The position numbers and the translations under genes are program-made. The notes beneath the pieces were generated by a model. The model saw nothing but the letters and a program-made list of their open reading frames with translations. It did not search any database and was not told the DNA's origin. A stretch of 14,229 nt of DNA from Octopus sinensis (taxonomy: Eukaryota), in assembly GCF_006345805.1 (NCBI RefSeq), contig NW_021825860.1, positions 1 to 14,229 of the forward strand, given 5' to 3'. Every line of letters begins with the position of its first letter. Position 1 is the stretch's first letter. Of this stretch, positions 9,501 to 14,229 are shown one piece after another.

Positions 9501-9845
9501 TGACAGGTAGGGCGGACGCTCTGTGACAAGGTAACGACGTCATTTAAGTTAATTAAATACTTTAAAGGTTTTCACCTGAGGAGACAAGAGCTGCGGTGGT
9601 TGCATTGTAGTTTTGCTATGTTGTGGTTTTGCTATGTTGGTATAGATCGAAAATACGGAAGTGATAATTATCATAAGGACAATGATAATAGTAATGGTAA
9701 CTGCGTGTGTGAGGTGTGTGGGCGTGTGTGTAGTTATATATTATTCACCTTTTAATTGAAGAACTCGAAGTAGATAAGGTTATAAATAACAGCATCTAAA
9801 TATTGGGTTAAAAACATTATGATATAATTAAACACATATATAGAT

Positions 9846-10008
9846 GCAGGCGTAGCTGTGTGGTAACAATCTCGCTTCTCCAGCTCATGGTACTAGGTTC
9901 AGTTCCACGGCGTGGTACTTTGGGCAAGTTTCTTCTGCTGTAGTCCCAAGCCGACCGAAGCCTTGTAAGTCGATTTGGTAGATGGAAACTGAAAGAAGAA
10001 GCATGTTC
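9846..10008 (+). mobile_element. tRNA-derived SINE ending in a (TA)n/(CA)n tail
   Basis: A-box-like TAGCTGTGTGG (9853-9863) and B-box-like GGTTCAGTTCC (9896-9906), then TTGGGCAAGT. A second decayed copy lies at 869-975. Confidence 0.8.
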
Positions 10009-10039
<31 letters not shown>

Positions 10040-10100
10040 ACACACACATACACACACATACACACACATACACACACAACACACGCAAACACACATATAT
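10009..10100. repeat. (TA)n-(CA)n microsatellite
   Basis: Direct reading. Confidence 0.95.
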
Positions 10101-10399
10101 GACATCTTGCATTACGTAAGATTCAATTTACTGGTTAACGATCAAACGATTGTAAATGAAGTATTAAAAAGATCTAGTTTCATTCTTTGATAATTGTCAT
10201 TACACACACACACACACACATACACACACATACAGGAAGAGAGAGAGAGTTATGCAGAAAAACACGTTTAGGATTTATATATAAAACATACATATATACA
10301 TAAACGCATATAAATCAGACATATAGAAAAGAAACAAACACTGAAAAATGTTCAGCAGATGAGCACTCGCGTATAAGCATTGAGATATATATTTACAAA

Positions 10400-11010
10400 A
10401 TGAGAATACAGAAAACTAAGGGGGGAAGACATGGTATTTTAAGGCCTACGTCTGTTTCTGGGGTCTCGGGACTACGAAATAGTTGTTTGTATTTGACAGA
10501 CGGAGTGGGTAAAAATTCAAGGATGTGCAACCAATAGAGGATGCATAAAAACATTACCGTAATACTGACCTCCTTCGTCAATATTACGGTAATATATATA
10601 TACAACCTGACTTGTCAAAAAATGGAGACTTTCCGTAATCAAATACTTAGATCAATGCCCCGCAGACATAAAACCGAAATATCAAATTTTCCCGCTGAAT
10701 TAATGCACAGGAAACACTTCAACCCAACTGCGACTGAATAAGGAAGGCAGCTCATTAAAAAAAAATACAAATCACCACTAAATATCCTATAATAACACTC
10801 TAGAAAGAGAAATTCAATTGTTCCACGAAAAACGACCAGACTCGAAACCTCAACTCCAAATTTCTGTACAACAACACCATACACCTCTTCAAACACGAGT
10901 TGCAGATGTCATCTCAGAAAAAAAACCAATGAAATTTTCTCGCTGGTCATAACTGGACCATCAGAAAAATAACAGTGATTTCTTAAGTGAACCCACCGAC
11001 ATTACAACTT
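10400..11010 (+). mobile_element. Possible Penelope-like element remnant (5' region and decayed ORF start)
   Basis: A/C-rich broken reading frame from ATG 10622 (METFRNQILRSM... then ...NTLEREIQLFHEK... after a stop and frameshift), a 17-bp hairpin at 10553-10593, and an antisense half-hammerhead-like GAAAC-AGAC-GTA at 10447-10458. No RT or GIY-YIG motif seen. Confidence 0.3.
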
Positions 11011-11466
11011 ATTATATTCTGCTAAAATACAGAACAAGAAAATTGTTTCTTAAAATATTGCATTTAAAGATTAAATTTGAATATTAAAAATTATTTGATT
11101 TTAATTTACTAAGTACATTATAATTTTTAAAAAAGGTACCATAATTTAATTAATAATTTAAAAAATGATTTTTTTTTAAAGTGCAAAGAATATTTTTAGC
11201 TATTTTTTTTAAATAGAAGTAACGAGTAATAGCAAATAGAAGTAATAACTTGTAATAAAACTTTTAGCTTTAATAAAAGCTAATATTTTCTAAATCTAAA
11301 AATGTTATCCTTAGCTGTAATATTTTAAGTAAAAATTTTTCTTTTTTCTGTACTTTACCAGATTAATAAGTTGTCTGAACTTTTCCAAGTGTAATAACTT
11401 GTCCTGTAATTTTCTGGGTTTATAATCTTAAGAATATTATTTTTCTTGCACGCATTTTTCCATGAA

Positions 11467-11490
11467 ATATATATATATATATATATATAT

Positions 11491-11536
<46 letters not shown>
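11467..11536. repeat. (TA)n microsatellite
   Basis: Direct reading. Confidence 0.97.
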
Positions 11537-11539
<3 letters not shown>

Positions 11540-11736
11540 GCTTCAGCATAGCCGCTGTCAAATGACTGAAACAAGTACCAAAAGAAATAATACCAAAAAA
11601 ATTGAACCCAAAGAATTTCTTCCGATTGCAACAAGCCGTTAAAGGTGAAGTGACCAGTGCATGAGAGTGGAATTGAAAAAAAGAGAACTATACGCATCTG
11701 GACAGGAATTGTAAAGAAACCGTTTTTCTTTCTCTT

Positions 11737-12402
11737 TTAACTTGAAACTTCACGATTTTGACTTGTGCCAATGGAAGATGTTGTCATCTCAGAAATTTGC
11801 AATAATTTTCAGCATTTATTCTGGCTCCATCAACAACCTTAAATGGACCTATAATATCTCCTCCAACTATACCATCCCAAATCATGATTCCTCCCCCACC
11901 CTGATTCTTCTTAATCATTTTCCCATGTAATACCCAGGCTCTTGCCCATCCATCAGGTCCATCTAATGTTGCTCTGCACTCATCGGTAACATTTCTAAAG
12001 TCTGCCTTCATATATCTTTTTACCCACGTCACTTTTTCTTTTTTGTATACTTTATTTAAAGGAGGCTACTTTGCGAAATTTATGTCTTTGCCTATTTTAG
12101 CATTGTGCAACATCTTTTCTTTTGTATGTTAAAGATTCCTGCTTCTCTAAAGATTTGCTTTCTGGTTAACCCAGTTTTCTTACACATAATTCTTTCGAGT
12201 TTTATCTTATCTCTATTTGTGATATTCTTGAAATCTGTTTTATTCCTTATTCTTACTCTCTCAATGTTTTGTACCTGTTTTTTTTCCATTGTTCTGTGAT
12301 CTCTGTTTAGCTTTTAGAAATTACAATTGTTGTATCCCTTTCTCCCAGTATTTTCACTATTTCTTTCTTCCCCTTTGATGTTATATCTTTACTTTGACCC
12401 AT
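11737..12402 (-). pseudogene. Decayed Tc1/mariner transposase, resembling the DD37E/TRT family
   Basis: From ATG at 12402, joined across frameshifts and stops: MGQSKDITSKGKKEIVKIL..LNRDHRT (HTH region), PPLNK..KRKVTWVKRYMKADF, TDECRATLDGPDGWARAW (first catalytic D), QGGGGIMIWDGI..GPFKV.DG...NAENYCKFL, DNIFHWHKSKS*SFK. Homology fades before the QDNA and NPIE motifs. Confidence 0.9.
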
Positions 12403-12608
12403 TTCAAAATCACATATCACATAGAGGAAAGCAGTATCTTGTTAACTTGCATAATAAAAAGAAACACCCTATAAACTTGGTTTTTCTTCATTTCAGACAA
12501 AAAGTACGAGACATGGGATAAATAATCCCACGTAATCCCGTAAAAACTTTAAGAAAAACGGACAAGTTTTATTGAAGAACGATTCCCATGGTAAAAGGAA
12601 GCATAGTG
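11737..12608 (-). mobile_element. Tc1-like transposon remnant (5' end probably TA|CACT at 12608)
   Basis: Transposase pseudogene plus about 200 bp of upstream sequence that begins TA|CACT on the minus strand, next to a (TA)n array (TA is the Tc1 target). No convincing second TIR. Confidence 0.6.
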
Positions 12609-12680
12609 TATATATATTATATATATATATATATATATTATATATCTATAATATTATATATATATTATATATATATTTAT
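12609..12680. repeat. Imperfect (TA)n microsatellite
   Basis: Direct reading. Confidence 0.95.
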
Positions 12681-13774
12681 AAGGTGTATTATGGCATTTA
12701 TAGGATATAATCCTATATAAACTCTACTAACAATTAAAAATGGAGAAGAGATGTTCAAAGTTTTATAAAATTTTACTCCATGCATACGATCGTTTCAAAT
12801 GATAACACCAATATGTAAGAAACATGGAAAAAATTAAATTAATTATAATTATGATTAAATTAAATTAATTTAATTACCTTGAGTCTAGTGTTGAATCTAG
12901 TTGTATAGTCTAGACTCAACACCACCGAAAAATGTTCTTATATTTCATCTTTCACTATCATTTTATAAATATCCAACTGAATTATGCAACGAAGGCTGAA
13001 TGTGTTCTCCTGTAATATTCTTCCTCTACTACCTTTCCTCATGTTTTCTCCATCTTTTGCACTGAGGAGAATGGTAATACGTAATTAATTTAATTACGTA
13101 TATACTTGTTAAATTTTCATATTTTTAAAAATAAATACTTACATTAGTAAGCTATTATTTTAATATGAAGAATCTTTATTAGAAATATAACTTTGGACCC
13201 CACCAAAGCAAAAATGTTCAAACTAAACTCAACCTTTCTTATATATATATATATATATATATAATACAATATAAATATGTTTCAAAAAGAAAATAGAAAC
13301 TACATGTGGAAAAGATATGGGGAAAGTATGAAGAAGAAAAGCGAAAATGCACATTGAATATCAAAAAAAATCATGGCTTTTTTATGAAAAGTAGCGATAA
13401 ATAAATAAAATTATATGAACTGAAGTACAATTAAGGCGAGGTAAATTCATTATTTTGACTTGTTAAAGAGATGCAAAGTCAAACCGGTCTCGTCATTGCT
13501 GTTCACTGGCTTTTCTTCTTACTTTCCCTATATATATATATATATATACAGACCTGTATATATACACACACATATAGACTAACCGTGGTTGTTAATTGGA
13601 AAATATGTTTAGATAACTTAAAAGGCTATGTTTTTCAACTGCTTTAAGTGCCGTTGCTGTATCAACTATACAAAGTCCCTTTTATTGGTTTCCCATTCTT
13701 CACCCAGGAAAAGATCCAGAAAGGATCGACGCGAGGGAGACAGAGTTTTCCCAACCCTCAGCCGGCACTTTTAT

Positions 13775-13899
13775 ATCCTGAACAGACGTGAGCAATGTGA
13801 ATGTATCATTTCGAACAGATAATAGGCTCTGTCTGTGCAGATATCGAACCCAGGAACTTATGAACGTGACCCAAATATCAAACCGCCAGGCTACACGGG
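13775..13899 (-). mobile_element. Old decayed tRNA-derived SINE related to 3577-3916
   Basis: Minus-strand A-box-like TAGCCTGGCGG (13883-13893) and B-box-like GGTTCGATATC (13840-13850). TTCACATTGCTC (13790-13801) is identical to 3685-3696 at a comparable position after the B box. Confidence 0.65.
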
Positions 13900-14077
13900 T
13901 TAATGATACATATACATGTGTGAATATGTGTGTGCATGAGTGCATGTGTGTGCGTGTGTGCGTGCGTGTGTGTGAGCGTATAGGTAATGCATATTTATAC
14001 ATACACAGGCAGCCACACACACACATATATATATATATATTAACTACATATACATCACTAAGGGAGCATATTGTATA

Positions 14078-14229
14078 TTTTCTTTATTGCCCACAAGGGG
14101 CTAAACACAGAAGAGACAAACAAGGACAAAGAAACGGATTAAGTCGATTATATCTACCCCAGTGCGTAACTGATAGTTATTTAATCGACCCAGAAAGGAT
14201 GACAGGCAAAGTTTACATCGGCGGAATTT
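14078..14229 (-). mobile_element. SINE body and 3' end, running off the window
   Basis: Minus strand begins AAATTCCGCCGA (end of a probable B box), continues CTTTGCCTGTCATCCTTTCTGGGTCGATTAAATAA and ends GGCAATAAAGAAA. It matches a recalled abundant octopus SINE; the head lies outside the window. Confidence 0.7.

Noticed and set aside
8906-9543. Gly/Ser-rich and Pro/Leu-rich ORFs
   Set aside because: They overlap a degenerate (CCA)n tract in several frames on both strands, with no domain or splice evidence.
11537-11736. Second TIR and C-terminal catalytic motifs of the Tc1 element
   Set aside because: Only 7 bp (ATGCTTC) match the other end, and the LMHW..SP-like peptide is too degenerate; QDNA and NPIE are not recognisable.
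411-14026. Numerous 60-155 aa ORFs rich in YI/VC/HT or poly-L/I/N/Y
   Set aside because: They are translations of (TA)n, (TG)n and (AAT)n microsatellites, which lack stop codons in some frames.
1-14229. CRISPR array or prokaryotic operon
   Set aside because: No regularly spaced direct repeats with unique spacers and no gene-dense organisation; the sequence is eukaryotic repeat-rich DNA.

Overview
AT-rich animal genomic DNA made almost entirely of microsatellites and decayed transposable elements, probably intronic or intergenic. The repeat families and (TA)n/(CA)n/(AAT)n density resemble an octopus/cephalopod genome (inference from recalled repeats, not a search). No intact host gene is supportable, and most supplied ORFs are translated microsatellites. 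Supported elements: a Helentron/DINE-1-type non-autonomous element (1-366, -); several tRNA-derived SINEs, one near full length with a CORE-like domain (3577-3916); a decayed R4/Dong-like LINE reverse transcriptase fragment missed by the ORF track (4940-5945, -); a ~600-bp element inside (TAA)n with a 96-bp fold-back at one end (8024-8622); and a decayed Tc1-like transposase resembling DD37E/TRT (11737-12402, -). The most interesting small signal is a candidate minimal Penelope-type hammerhead ribozyme with a compensatory U3-A8 core (1907-1945, -), plus two possible half-hammerheads in other non-microsatellite islands.
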